Source of the DNA: Thermoproteota archaeon
GTDB lineage: Archaea; Thermoproteota; Methanomethylicia; Methanomethylicales; Methanomethylicaceae
NCBI GenBank assembly: GCA_029887795.1
Contig: JARXPE010000002.1
Location: 8,904-72,903, forward strand
DNA length: 64,000 nucleotides
Direction: 5' to 3'
In this document: piece by piece, positions 48,799 to 57,633 of the stretch
How positions within the stretch are numbered: position 1 is the first letter of the stretch
Layout of the letters: each line of letters starts with the position of its first letter
Program-made: the position numbers and the translations under genes
The notes under the pieces: model-generated
Told to the model about the DNA's origin: nothing
The model's input: only the letters and a program-made list of their open reading frames with translations
Database searches by the model: none

Positions 48799-49620
48799 TT
48801 AGAACGTCCTGATCTCTATAAATGGGTCCATGGGAGTTATAAGGGCATATGCCCCGCTCTCCAGACCATAGACATATTTAGCCGAGAAGACGGTCAAAAC
48901 CCTTCCTGCATGATCCCATTTGTAGCCCTTTGTGACGGGGGAGTGCCCCCTGACTAAGTATCTTACGCCGAGTTTGTCGAGTACTTTAAAGGATACGTCC
49001 GGCCCGAATAACATACCCGCTCCCCTATTTGAGGGAGCCGTACCTTTTACATAGTCAGAAGGGTCGCTCCATAAGATGGTCTCCAACTCTTCCTCGGTCG
49101 GATCTTCCAGACCCTTTAAAGTTATCTCAGGGGATATGCCACCGTGCAATAAAAGCGCACGGGTTTCGACAATAACCGCTACAGGCAAAGTCTTGTGAAG
49201 TTCTATTAGGGAGCGGTAGATCTCTTTCCACCCATCCCCATAGGCATTTTTGATGTGCCAAGGCAAGTCATGAGGGCGAAACTCAATAAAGTCTGACGCC
49301 TCGTGGTTCCCCCTAAGCAGAAAGACCCCATCCGGATAGGAGCATTTCATCTTTAGGATTCTTTCATAGACATCTAAGGGTGACGGACCTCTATCAGCGT
49401 AATCACCAAGAAAAACTACCTTCTCACATTCTCCCTCACTCTCGATCCTCTTAGTAATGGTTTCTAAGGACATGTAGTCTCCATGTAGGTCTCCGATTAC
49501 CACAATTGGCAAATCCTTGATCCTGAGGAGTTTGCCGATTCTGAATTCTTTCGTCTCCTCCTCAAGAATGAGTTCTTTGGTCTCATCAACGAGGCGCCTA
49601 AACTTTTCAGCGTTCTTCAT
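48799..49620 (-). CDS. Ser/Thr protein phosphatase, PPP family
   Basis: GDLHG, GDYADRG, LRGNHE, HGG, LWSDP, RG.G..FG, RGH and TVFSA. Confidence 0.93.
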   Translation of the reverse strand: MKNAEKFRRLVDETKELILEEETKEFRIGKLLRIKDLPIVVIGDLHGDYMSLETITKRIESEGECEKVVFLGDYADRGPSPLDVYERILKMKCSYPDGVFLLRGNHEASDFIEFRPHDLPWHIKNAYGDGWKEIYRSLIELHKTLPVAVIVETRALLLHGGISPEITLKGLEDPTEEELETILWSDPSDYVKGTAPSNRGAGMLFGPDVSFKVLDKLGVRYLVRGHSPVTKGYKWDHAGRVLTVFSAKYVYGLESGAYALITPMDPFIEIRTF

Positions 49621-49812
49621 TTTTTAAGCCACACTATCATAACTATATGTTGCAATTGAAAAATTAATCTTATCAAGGCAAATTATGGCGATTTTACTTA
49701 TATGATACATAAACGAAAGACCAACCGACGGACAAATTAAAAGAAAAACAGATCAAGAATGAAATAAGACGGCAGAACAAAATAAATCCCTCTCTGACCA
49801 AGAGTTTATCGT

Positions 49813-50907
49813 ATGTCCCACACAGGCTCTGCCTATCTTCCGCTACACGGGGGATGGGCTCCTGCATGGCTAATCAGGCGGATGAAGGCCCTAGCCAAGA
49901 GTATTGTCCTAATAATGGTTGAGGAGTTTGGAAGAGCTGAATTTTTGAGGAGGGTCTCTGACCCATACTGGTTTCAGGCTTTAGGCTGCACATTAGGTTT
50001 CGACTGGCATTCTTCAGGGGTCACTACGGTAGTCACTGGTGTTTTAAAATCCGCCGTGGATCCCCAAGAGACGGGGCTCGCCATCTGTGGCGGGAAGGGC
50101 AGGCACTCTAGAGAAACTCCAGCAGAGATAAGGGGTGCGGGGGAGATTTTTGGACTCTCTTCCACAAAGATCGACCAACTAGTTTACGCGAGCAGGATGG
50201 GTGCGAAGGTGGACAATACTGCAATCCAAGCGGGCTATCAGCTGTACCATCATGCCTTTATAATCTCCGAGGATGGTAAATGGTGCATAGTGCAGCAGGG
50301 AATGAATCCAGAGAGCAAGTTAGCGCGAAGGTACCACTGGTTGTCCGAGAATGTCGCAAGCTTTGTCGTGGAGCCCCATAAGGCTGTGGTCGGTTATAAA
50401 AAGGAAAAGGTCCTAAATATGACCGCCAAGGAAGCCGAGGAGTGCCGTAAAACTTCAGTAGACATCGTGAATGATGATCCGTTCAGGATAAAAAGGCAGC
50501 TGATAACTATCAAGGAGTCGAAACAGAAGTCTTTGTTAGACTATATGGGCGGCAGAGTGCTCGTAATGCCCTGGAAAATAAACTGGCGGGCTCTAGAGGT
50601 CGCTTACAACCTGAAACCAAGAAATTACGAGGAGCTGCTTGGGATCGAGGGTGTCGGTCCTGCCACTGTTAGGGGGCTAGCGCTAATCTCAGACCTGATA
50701 TACGGTGCGCCGCCAAGCTGGAGAGACCCCGTCCGCTACTCTTTCGCATTCGGCGGAAAAGATGGAGTGCCTTTCCCGGTCCAGAGAAGGGAGATGGACG
50801 AGGCTATAGAGTTTTTAAGAATCGCAGTGGAGCAGGCCAAGATCAACGAGAAGGAGCGGCTCAATGCCCTGAAGAGACTCAGGGCTTTTTCTTATCCAAA
50901 CCAGTGA
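49813..50907 (+). CDS. DUF763-family protein
   Basis: LPLH.G.AP.WL..RM, DWHSSG.TT, AKVD...IQ.GY.LYHH, QQGM, RRYHW, HhH-like GVGP.T.R.L and GGKDG.P.PV. Confidence 0.92.
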   Translation: MSHTGSAYLPLHGGWAPAWLIRRMKALAKSIVLIMVEEFGRAEFLRRVSDPYWFQALGCTLGFDWHSSGVTTVVTGVLKSAVDPQETGLAICGGKGRHSRETPAEIRGAGEIFGLSSTKIDQLVYASRMGAKVDNTAIQAGYQLYHHAFIISEDGKWCIVQQGMNPESKLARRYHWLSENVASFVVEPHKAVVGYKKEKVLNMTAKEAEECRKTSVDIVNDDPFRIKRQLITIKESKQKSLLDYMGGRVLVMPWKINWRALEVAYNLKPRNYEELLGIEGVGPATVRGLALISDLIYGAPPSWRDPVRYSFAFGGKDGVPFPVQRREMDEAIEFLRIAVEQAKINEKERLNALKRLRAFSYPNQ

Positions 50908-51086
50908 TGCCTTGTAGAAAGATGTAAAGATGTTGACGTATAGATTTCTGACTGATGTTGAAGATAGAAGGTTCTAAAGATTTAAAAGCGGTATTGTGAA
51001 TGACTGGTTAATGCGATTTATCCATTAAGTTTAAATAATACTATAGCGCCCACTAATATCCCACGGAGGGTAAAAATTGGAAAAGG

Positions 51087-51482
51087 GTGTCCGCCGTTAC
51101 AAAGGTGTTCGCCTTTTCAGATAAGTATCCAAATACAAATCCAAATATAAGTAAAAATAAAAATGGGAAAAACAAAATAACTCCCTCCGCGATCTTGGAA
51201 GAGTCCTTGAAAAGGATTTGCTCAAAGAAACTGACACTACTGCAGAAGCGGATCTTACTCCACATTGTGGAGACGGAGCATCTTGGACTCACATGTTCTG
51301 GGCAAGTCAGAGAGATCTCCCGGAGAATGCGCATACCTGAATCCACTGTAAAGTGGAGCATAAGAGCACTGAGGGACTTTTACCTCATAGAAGGCGGCAG
51401 TGTTGAGAACAGAGGCATCCCTGCAAAGGTAACCTATCCTGGATTATTGATCGCGGAAGGCTTGAGGAGGGAATATACATGA
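51087..51482 (+). CDS. Winged-helix hypothetical regulator
   Basis: LT.LQKRIL...IS....IPESTVKW....LRD..LI.GG...TYPG wHTH pattern. The start is uncertain because the N-terminus is low-complexity. Confidence 0.72.
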   Translation: MSAVTKVFAFSDKYPNTNPNISKNKNGKNKITPSAILEESLKRICSKKLTLLQKRILLHIVETEHLGLTCSGQVREISRRMRIPESTVKWSIRALRDFYLIEGGSVENRGIPAKVTYPGLLIAEGLRREYT

Positions 51483-51652
51483 GATCAGACATAATCTTGG
51501 GTATTCTCATAATGGCTCTTTGCTTCATCTCGGTCCCAATCATCGCAGCCACTGTTGGTGGTTGGTACGCTTACTGGGGCACATTGTTGCTCAGCATGGT
51601 TTGGAGTGCGGTGATTCTTTGGCTAAAGATCTCACACTGGGAGAATGAATGA
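51479..51652 (+). CDS. Small two-TM accessory protein of an SSS transporter (57 aa), not in the ORF track
   Basis: MRSDIILGILIMALCFISVPIIAATVGGWYAYWGTLLLSMVWSAVILWLKISHWENE*; ATGA overlaps with both neighbours. Confidence 0.8.
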   Translation: MRSDIILGILIMALCFISVPIIAATVGGWYAYWGTLLLSMVWSAVILWLKISHWENE

Positions 51653-53211
51653 TTATGGCATCTATCCCTCTACCAACACCAGAATCTACCATCGCAGTAG
51701 GCATTGCCGTCGCATCTATGTTGGCTATCAGCGTCGGTATTGGAGTGTACTTCTTCCGCAGGTCGAAGAACTTTGACGAGTGGATGGTGGGACATGGCGA
51801 CATAGGTCCCGTAGTAACTGGCCTGGCATTAACAGCAACATGGCTCAGCGGATGGGCGATCTATGGAAATGCTGGTCTAGGGTACACTTACGGATGGTCC
51901 GGCTCCTGGCTCATAGGCACGGCAAACCTGATGGGACTTTCGCTGTGCGTTGTTTTGGGATACCGTATGCGCCGCTACGCTGCTCTAGGAGCAAGGACTG
52001 TTCCTGAGGTCGTGAGGATAAGGTTCAACAGCAGGCTTTTGCAGGCGCTCGCTGGACTGACCATGATGATCCTATTAATAGTTTACAGCGTCGGGCAGTA
52101 CAAGGCAATGGCATCAGTGTGGCGCTTGACCACTGGCACTGATTGGCTCTGGAGCCTTGCGCTCACAGCCGTTCTATGCGGAGTATATCTTGCCTTGGGG
52201 GGCTACGCAGGAACCCAGTTCTCGCTGGCACTACAGGGGGGAATATTTATGGTTGTTGGATGGATATTTGGAATAGCGTCTATCTTCTGGGCCGGCGGTC
52301 CTGCAAAAATAGCTGAAGCCATTTCAGCATCAAGCTTCGTTAGGCCCGGAGGAGCTAGTACTCCTGTATCGCTCTCAGGTTACACTGCCCCCATCTCCCC
52401 CGCTTTCCCTGGATATGACTGGATCGGTGTCACGGCCTCCCTATTCATGTTCCTCTTCATGGCTACCGGTTTCCCACATAACATTGCTAGGTTCTTAGGC
52501 CTCAGAAAAACAACAAAAAAGGAGTATACACTATTGATGATCATTGTAGCTCTAAATTGCGTGACGCCGCTGATGGTGGGTGCTATGGGCTTCGCGGCTA
52601 GGGCAGTCTGGGGGTCTGACTTAATGACGCTCGCACCAGTCTACGGTGACGCAGCCGCAACGCTTGTAAGCATGGCACTTGGCGGTCCTGTTGGAGGAGC
52701 AATATTCTCCATGGCGGTATTCGCGGCTGCCATTTCCACGCTTGCAGGGATGGTGATGATAATGGCCACTAATGTGACGCGGGATCTAATCAACAATGTG
52801 GTTCCAAAGGCAAGCCCTAGACTCCTGCTCCTGACCTCAAGGCTGCTGATAATTCCATTTCTAGCAATACCACTGTGGTGGACCTACACGTCTCCCCCGC
52901 CCGTCCTCTCGGAGTTCATGTCGGGCTCGGCAGTGGCACAGGCAGGGATATTCTTCTTCGTCGTTGCGGTCTCAATGTACTGGAAGAGAGCGACAAAATT
53001 CGGCGCGATAGCCACGATCATATACGGCATGGGGGTGGCTTTGCTACACCCATCGGTCTACGGTAAGTTCTTCCCGCCATTCAACCATTGGGGGGTCTGG
53101 GCTTTGGCACTCATCTTCGGGTGTGGCGCCATATACTTGGGAGTTAGCCTCCTTACCAAGCCTGTCCCAGAGGAGCAGTTGTCAAAAATCTTCTCAAAAC
53201 AAGATCAGTAA
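51649..53211 (+). CDS. Sodium:solute symporter (SSS family)
   Basis: About 13 TM helices; AT..SG....G..G..Y..G, T.PE....RF, PH...RF, AA.ST and W.RAT..GA. Confidence 0.92.
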   Translation: MIMASIPLPTPESTIAVGIAVASMLAISVGIGVYFFRRSKNFDEWMVGHGDIGPVVTGLALTATWLSGWAIYGNAGLGYTYGWSGSWLIGTANLMGLSLCVVLGYRMRRYAALGARTVPEVVRIRFNSRLLQALAGLTMMILLIVYSVGQYKAMASVWRLTTGTDWLWSLALTAVLCGVYLALGGYAGTQFSLALQGGIFMVVGWIFGIASIFWAGGPAKIAEAISASSFVRPGGASTPVSLSGYTAPISPAFPGYDWIGVTASLFMFLFMATGFPHNIARFLGLRKTTKKEYTLLMIIVALNCVTPLMVGAMGFAARAVWGSDLMTLAPVYGDAAATLVSMALGGPVGGAIFSMAVFAAAISTLAGMVMIMATNVTRDLINNVVPKASPRLLLLTSRLLIIPFLAIPLWWTYTSPPPVLSEFMSGSAVAQAGIFFFVVAVSMYWKRATKFGAIATIIYGMGVALLHPSVYGKFFPPFNHWGVWALALIFGCGAIYLGVSLLTKPVPEEQLSKIFSKQDQ

Positions 53212-53236
53212 GGCAAAACCTAAACTTACAGACTCC

Positions 53237-53270
53237 TTTTTTATTTTTCTTTTTGGTTTGCTTTATTTTT
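53237..53270 (+). terminator. Oligo-T terminator candidate
   Basis: TTTTTTATTTTTCTTTTTGGTTTGCTTTATTTTT after the SSS gene. Confidence 0.5.
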
Positions 53271-53488
53271 GACAGCTCTGCCATTAATCGTCATCCAATA
53301 ATTTTCTTGTGAAATCTGAGTAAGGTGCTCGGTTATACATTAGTAAACCAAAATGCTTAAATATGAAAACCATGCCATGATTTGGTCACTGGAGGAGTAC
53401 TGGGTGAGCTCTTGGAGGAATTTAGTTTATCAATAGACTCCATGAGCCAGCAGTATCGCAATCTCCAGCCAGAGTTCTAAGGGGTGAA

Positions 53489-54817
53489 TTGGTGTGCAAA
53501 CCATTCTAAGGAGGAGTTGCGTTTACACCCTCTGAAGGGTGTTTCCAACCAAGCCTTGAAAAAATAGAGCGAAACCTTCTAGAAAAAATACAGAACGAGA
53601 GACTAAAACAGACCTTTAACAGGGCCAAAAAAGTTCCCTTTATAAGGAAAAAATTGAAGGAAGCAAACATTGAAACAATCGGCGGAATCCACGATCTGCA
53701 GAAACTTCCTTTCACAACAAAGAAGGACCTTGCAGAGTGCTTCCCGTTCGGCGCATTGGCAGTGCCCCTGCACAGAGTCTTGAGGGTGCATACATCCTCT
53801 GGCACGACAAATAAACCTATAACGACCTTCTACACCAAACGAGACCTCAAGATATGGTCCGAGTTGATGGCTAGAGGGCTTGCATGCACTGGTGCAAGAA
53901 AGGGCGATGTATTCCAGAACACAACTTCACAGGGTCTATTCACGGGAGGGCTGGGCCTAATCCAGGGTGCTGAGAGACTCGGTCTAACAGTAGTGCCCCT
54001 CGGCTCGGCAAACGCCGAGAAGCAACTTGAGACCATGCGAGACTTTGGTGTTACTGTATTCCATGCCATACCTTCTTTTGCGCTTCGCTTAATGGAGTGC
54101 CTAGAATCTCAAAATGGTCTGAGATCTTCCCTCAAGATAAGGATCGGTGTTCTGGGTGCCGAGCCATGGACAAAAGAGATGCGGAAGAAGATAGAGGACG
54201 GCCTACAGATAGACGCTTTCAACAATTACGGTTTAGCAGAGGTGGGTGGTCCTGGCGTTGCGATAGAGTGTCAGTCCAAATCGGGTCTACATGTTTGGGA
54301 GGATCACTTCCTGGCAGAGATCATAGACCCAAAGACCGGTGAACAGCTCGGCTTAGAGGAGGAGGGCGAATTGGTGATAACCCCACTCTCGAGGGAGGCT
54401 ATGCCGCTCCTGCGCTTCAGAACCGGTGACATCACGCGGTTCGTCGACGGTCCCTGCGATTGTGGCAGGACTCATAGAAGGATAGACTGGATGAGGGGCA
54501 GAATTGATGATATGATCAAGATAAGGGGAATCGGCATCTACCCGTCCACGATAGAAAGGATAGTCGCATCCCACAGGGAGTCTAACGGAAACTTCCTAAT
54601 CGTGCTATCCGGAATAGACGACATAACTGTGAAAGTTGAAGTCAACAATGGATTTGCTAAAGACGAGACGGTGATGGAGCGCCTCCGACATGAAATCTTC
54701 GAAGAGATAAAGGGTGCGACCCTTCTGAGAACAAACGTTGAGGTCTTGCCGCCCGGGAGTATCCCCAGGAGCGAGGGCAAGGTCAAGAGAGTCTTGGACA
54801 ATAGGAGGATGATCTGA
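53489..54817 (+). CDS. paaK: Phenylacetate--CoA ligase family protein, with an in-frame TAA near the N-terminus (possible pseudogene or sequence error)
   Basis: LPFTTK.DL, SSGTT.KP, GLFTGGLG, GAEPW, YGLAE..GPG, HVWEDH, RTGD and GR.DDM..IRG. Homology extends upstream of the ORF-track start (53654) to about 53540. Confidence 0.8.
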
Positions 54818-54818
54818 G

Positions 54819-55121
54819 ATGCGGCATTTCCCTCAAATAATCCAAAGATTCAGACGTGCGTTTGAAGGGGGCTTCGCATTACTTGCTCTGCTGTCCTTAA
54901 ATCCGATGTCGATCCCTGTGCTGCTGGATTCGCTCCAAGTTTCAAGCCTTTGCACGATGATTGGAGCGCCGTCGATAGCAGCCCTTTCCACGGTCCCGTC
55001 ATTGTCATCGGAGAGGATCCTTGGAATGCAGCCCCTCACATTCTTCTGCTTTGCCATTCCCATTGTAGTCCAAGCGGTAGTACTGCTAATCTGGGCACTG
55101 AGGTGGAGGTCGCCAGATTAG
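54819..55121 (+). CDS. Small membrane accessory protein of the second SSS transporter
   Basis: C-terminal ILGMQPLTFFCFAIPIVVQAVVLLIWALRW TM segment ends 11 nt before the SSS start; start codon uncertain. Confidence 0.6.
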   Translation: MRHFPQIIQRFRRAFEGGFALLALLSLNPMSIPVLLDSLQVSSLCTMIGAPSIAALSTVPSLSSERILGMQPLTFFCFAIPIVVQAVVLLIWALRWRSPD

Positions 55122-55132
55122 GGGGGATTCTT

Positions 55133-56743
55133 ATGGTGAATATAGACATGGTTGGCTTGGGCGTTTTCGCCGCATACATAATAGCCATCGCCATTATAGG
55201 GTACTTTGGTGCCAAGAGGACAAAGACCACAGCAGACTTCGTGGCAGCTTCTGGGCAGCTGGGGTTCTGGACATACGTGCTTCTAATGGTTGGGGCGGTC
55301 ACAAGTGGCATGACAATAATAGGCGTGGCAGGTCTCGGTTTTCAGAGTGGGTGGGCAAACCTTTGGGAGAGGGTCATAGGCCCACCATTCGCCATATCCT
55401 TCTGCACGGTCCTAGTTGGCTACAAGATGTGGACGCTTAGGAAGAAACACCAAATACTGACTATGCAGGACTACTTTGCGGTGCGCTACGAAGATCCAAA
55501 GATGTTGAGGGCATTGGCAGGTATAGTCTCCGCGGTCACATGTTTTGCCTACCTAATTGGGCAGTACACTGCCATAGGCGTTGTAACAGAAGTAGTACTC
55601 GGGATACCTTACTCTGTGGGCTCTTTAATCGCATTGGTGATAGTGGTTGGCTACGTGATGGGCGGCGGGATGTTCTCTACAGCTTGGACGACATTTCTGC
55701 AGTCGTTGATGATGATTGTGGGAGTCTTCATAACGGCGCCACTGATAATCAACTGGATGGGAGGTTGGGTTGCATTCAACGAACTAGTCTCACAGGTCCC
55801 TGTGTTGCAGCAAATCGTAAGGGGACAGAGCCCGGGCTACCTATTCGGGACTTTTCTTGATCAACCATTCGGACCAGCTGAGATGCCGTTGGTCGGCTGG
55901 GCATACAATCTGACTCTCTTCGGGATAACAGTGCCGCTGGGCCTACTCGTCGCGCCCCATGTGGTAAACAATGTCCTATGCTTTAAGGAATCCAAATACA
56001 CAAGATGGGGACCAATAATAATGTACGTGTTAGGCGTCCCATTAATACTGGGAACTTCGCTGATAGGATTGGCTGCAAGGGTCGCCTGGGCCCAAGGGAA
56101 TTTGAATATCGCATCCCTGACGCTTGAAGGAGGCGTAACTGTTGCGTGGAATGATATGGCCTACCCAACAATTGCAAAGGCAGCTTTGCCATACGGGCTC
56201 TTCATACTCCTGCTACCATGCGTGCTTGCCGCGGTTATGTCAACAACTGACCGATTACTCGTAACTGCTGCAAGTAACGTGTCGTACGACCTCGTTAAGA
56301 ATGTATTGCGACCCAATACTTCTGAGAGGGCGACAGTTTGGATTAACAGACTAGTCGTACTGATAGTAGGCATATCATCATGGTACATCTCGCTTACGCC
56401 ACAGCCGATGCTGGCTTGGTTCATATGGGCAGCCTTGTCACTGATGGTAAATTGCTTCTTCTGGCCCATCATAGGCGGGCTATACTGGAAGAGAATGAAC
56501 AAGAATGCTGCGAGGTGGGGGATGCTCGTTGGATTCGTAGTGACGCTTATATCGTTCGCAATTTGGGGCAAAAACATCATAATTCCAGGCGTTGTAGCAC
56601 TTTATGCTGTTGTGCCAGGCTTCATAGCAAGCACAGTAGTCACTCTGGTACTAGCATTCACGACAAAGCCTCACTCAGAGAACCTTCTAAAGGAGACTTT
56701 AACAGGTGCGTTCATAAAACCAAGCATTTCAGAAAAACATTAA
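55133..56743 (+). CDS. Sodium:solute symporter (SSS family, PanF/PutP-like)
   Basis: DF..A...LG, SG....G..G, T..DY...RY, PH, AA.MST.D and GLYWKR. ATG 55133 follows GGGGG (ORF track start 54950 is too long). Confidence 0.92.
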   Translation: MVNIDMVGLGVFAAYIIAIAIIGYFGAKRTKTTADFVAASGQLGFWTYVLLMVGAVTSGMTIIGVAGLGFQSGWANLWERVIGPPFAISFCTVLVGYKMWTLRKKHQILTMQDYFAVRYEDPKMLRALAGIVSAVTCFAYLIGQYTAIGVVTEVVLGIPYSVGSLIALVIVVGYVMGGGMFSTAWTTFLQSLMMIVGVFITAPLIINWMGGWVAFNELVSQVPVLQQIVRGQSPGYLFGTFLDQPFGPAEMPLVGWAYNLTLFGITVPLGLLVAPHVVNNVLCFKESKYTRWGPIIMYVLGVPLILGTSLIGLAARVAWAQGNLNIASLTLEGGVTVAWNDMAYPTIAKAALPYGLFILLLPCVLAAVMSTTDRLLVTAASNVSYDLVKNVLRPNTSERATVWINRLVVLIVGISSWYISLTPQPMLAWFIWAALSLMVNCFFWPIIGGLYWKRMNKNAARWGMLVGFVVTLISFAIWGKNIIIPGVVALYAVVPGFIASTVVTLVLAFTTKPHSENLLKETLTGAFIKPSISEKH

Positions 56744-56907
56744 CTTCATTTTCATTTATTTGTAATTACACTTTCACTTTCCATTTTTATTTTTTATAAG
56801 TCGAAGACTCATGGTATAGTTAAAAGCGAAGGCATTAAAAGCCAGTTTTATTTATCTGATTTTGCGGTCGCCATTTGCTTCTCCACAAAGCGTTTTAGGG
56901 TGTTATT

Positions 56908-57633
56908 ATGGTAACTTTACTCATAATCGGTCCTGCGGGCTCTGGTAAGAGTACGCTGACCAAGTCTTTTGGCAAATGGTTGGAGCATGAGGGAAAGACT
57001 GTGAATTATGTTAGTCTGGATCCTGGTGCCGAAGTTTTGCCCTTTACTCCCTCTTTTGATGTGAGAAGTATGGTCAAAGTCGAGGAATTGATGCTGAAGG
57101 AGGGCCTAGGACCGAATGGTGCGCTCATAAGGGCTGCTGAGATAATAGAGGAAAGGTTCGCCGAAGTTTTGGAGGAGGTATCGTCGCTGTCCCCAGACTT
57201 TTTGCTTGTGGACACGCCAGGGCAGATGGAGATCTTTCTCTTCAGGACTTTAGGTCCAAAGTTGGCGTCTTCTTTGAGGGATAGAACCGTTTCCGTATTT
57301 CTCATTGATCCGGTACTGATGAAAAAGCCGAATGACTTCGTGGTGTTGAAGATGCTGGGTCTTGTCGTGGAGCTAAGATTGGGTATCCCTTCCATAGAGG
57401 TTGTGAACAAATGCGACCTATTGAACGTAGATTCCGTTAGAATTATTGAAGATTTAACAAAGATGGATATGGAAGGACTCTCGGGAAGTTTGGCGGAGGA
57501 GCTTCGCAGGATCATAGACAAATTAGAGAAAAAGAAGCGAACCTTGATGGTCTCGGCAGTGAAGGGCACAGGCTTCTTGGACCTTTACAAGGCTATAGGG
57601 GAAGCCTTCTGCGCCTGTGGTGACATGACCTAA
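56908..57633 (+). CDS. GPN-loop GTPase
   Basis: GPAGSGKS, LDPG, GLGPNGA (GPN loop), DTPGQME, NKCD and SA. Confidence 0.93.
   Translation: MVTLLIIGPAGSGKSTLTKSFGKWLEHEGKTVNYVSLDPGAEVLPFTPSFDVRSMVKVEELMLKEGLGPNGALIRAAEIIEERFAEVLEEVSSLSPDFLLVDTPGQMEIFLFRTLGPKLASSLRDRTVSVFLIDPVLMKKPNDFVVLKMLGLVVELRLGIPSIEVVNKCDLLNVDSVRIIEDLTKMDMEGLSGSLAEELRRIIDKLEKKKRTLMVSAVKGTGFLDLYKAIGEAFCACGDMT

Noticed and set aside
53507..53509. Selenocysteine or pyrrolysine recoding of the paaK in-frame stop
   Set aside because: The codon is TAA, not TGA or TAG.
54950..55132. 61-aa N-terminal extension of the second SSS ORF
   Set aside because: Overlaps the small membrane-protein ORF in another frame; ATG 55133 has an SD and matches normal SSS length.
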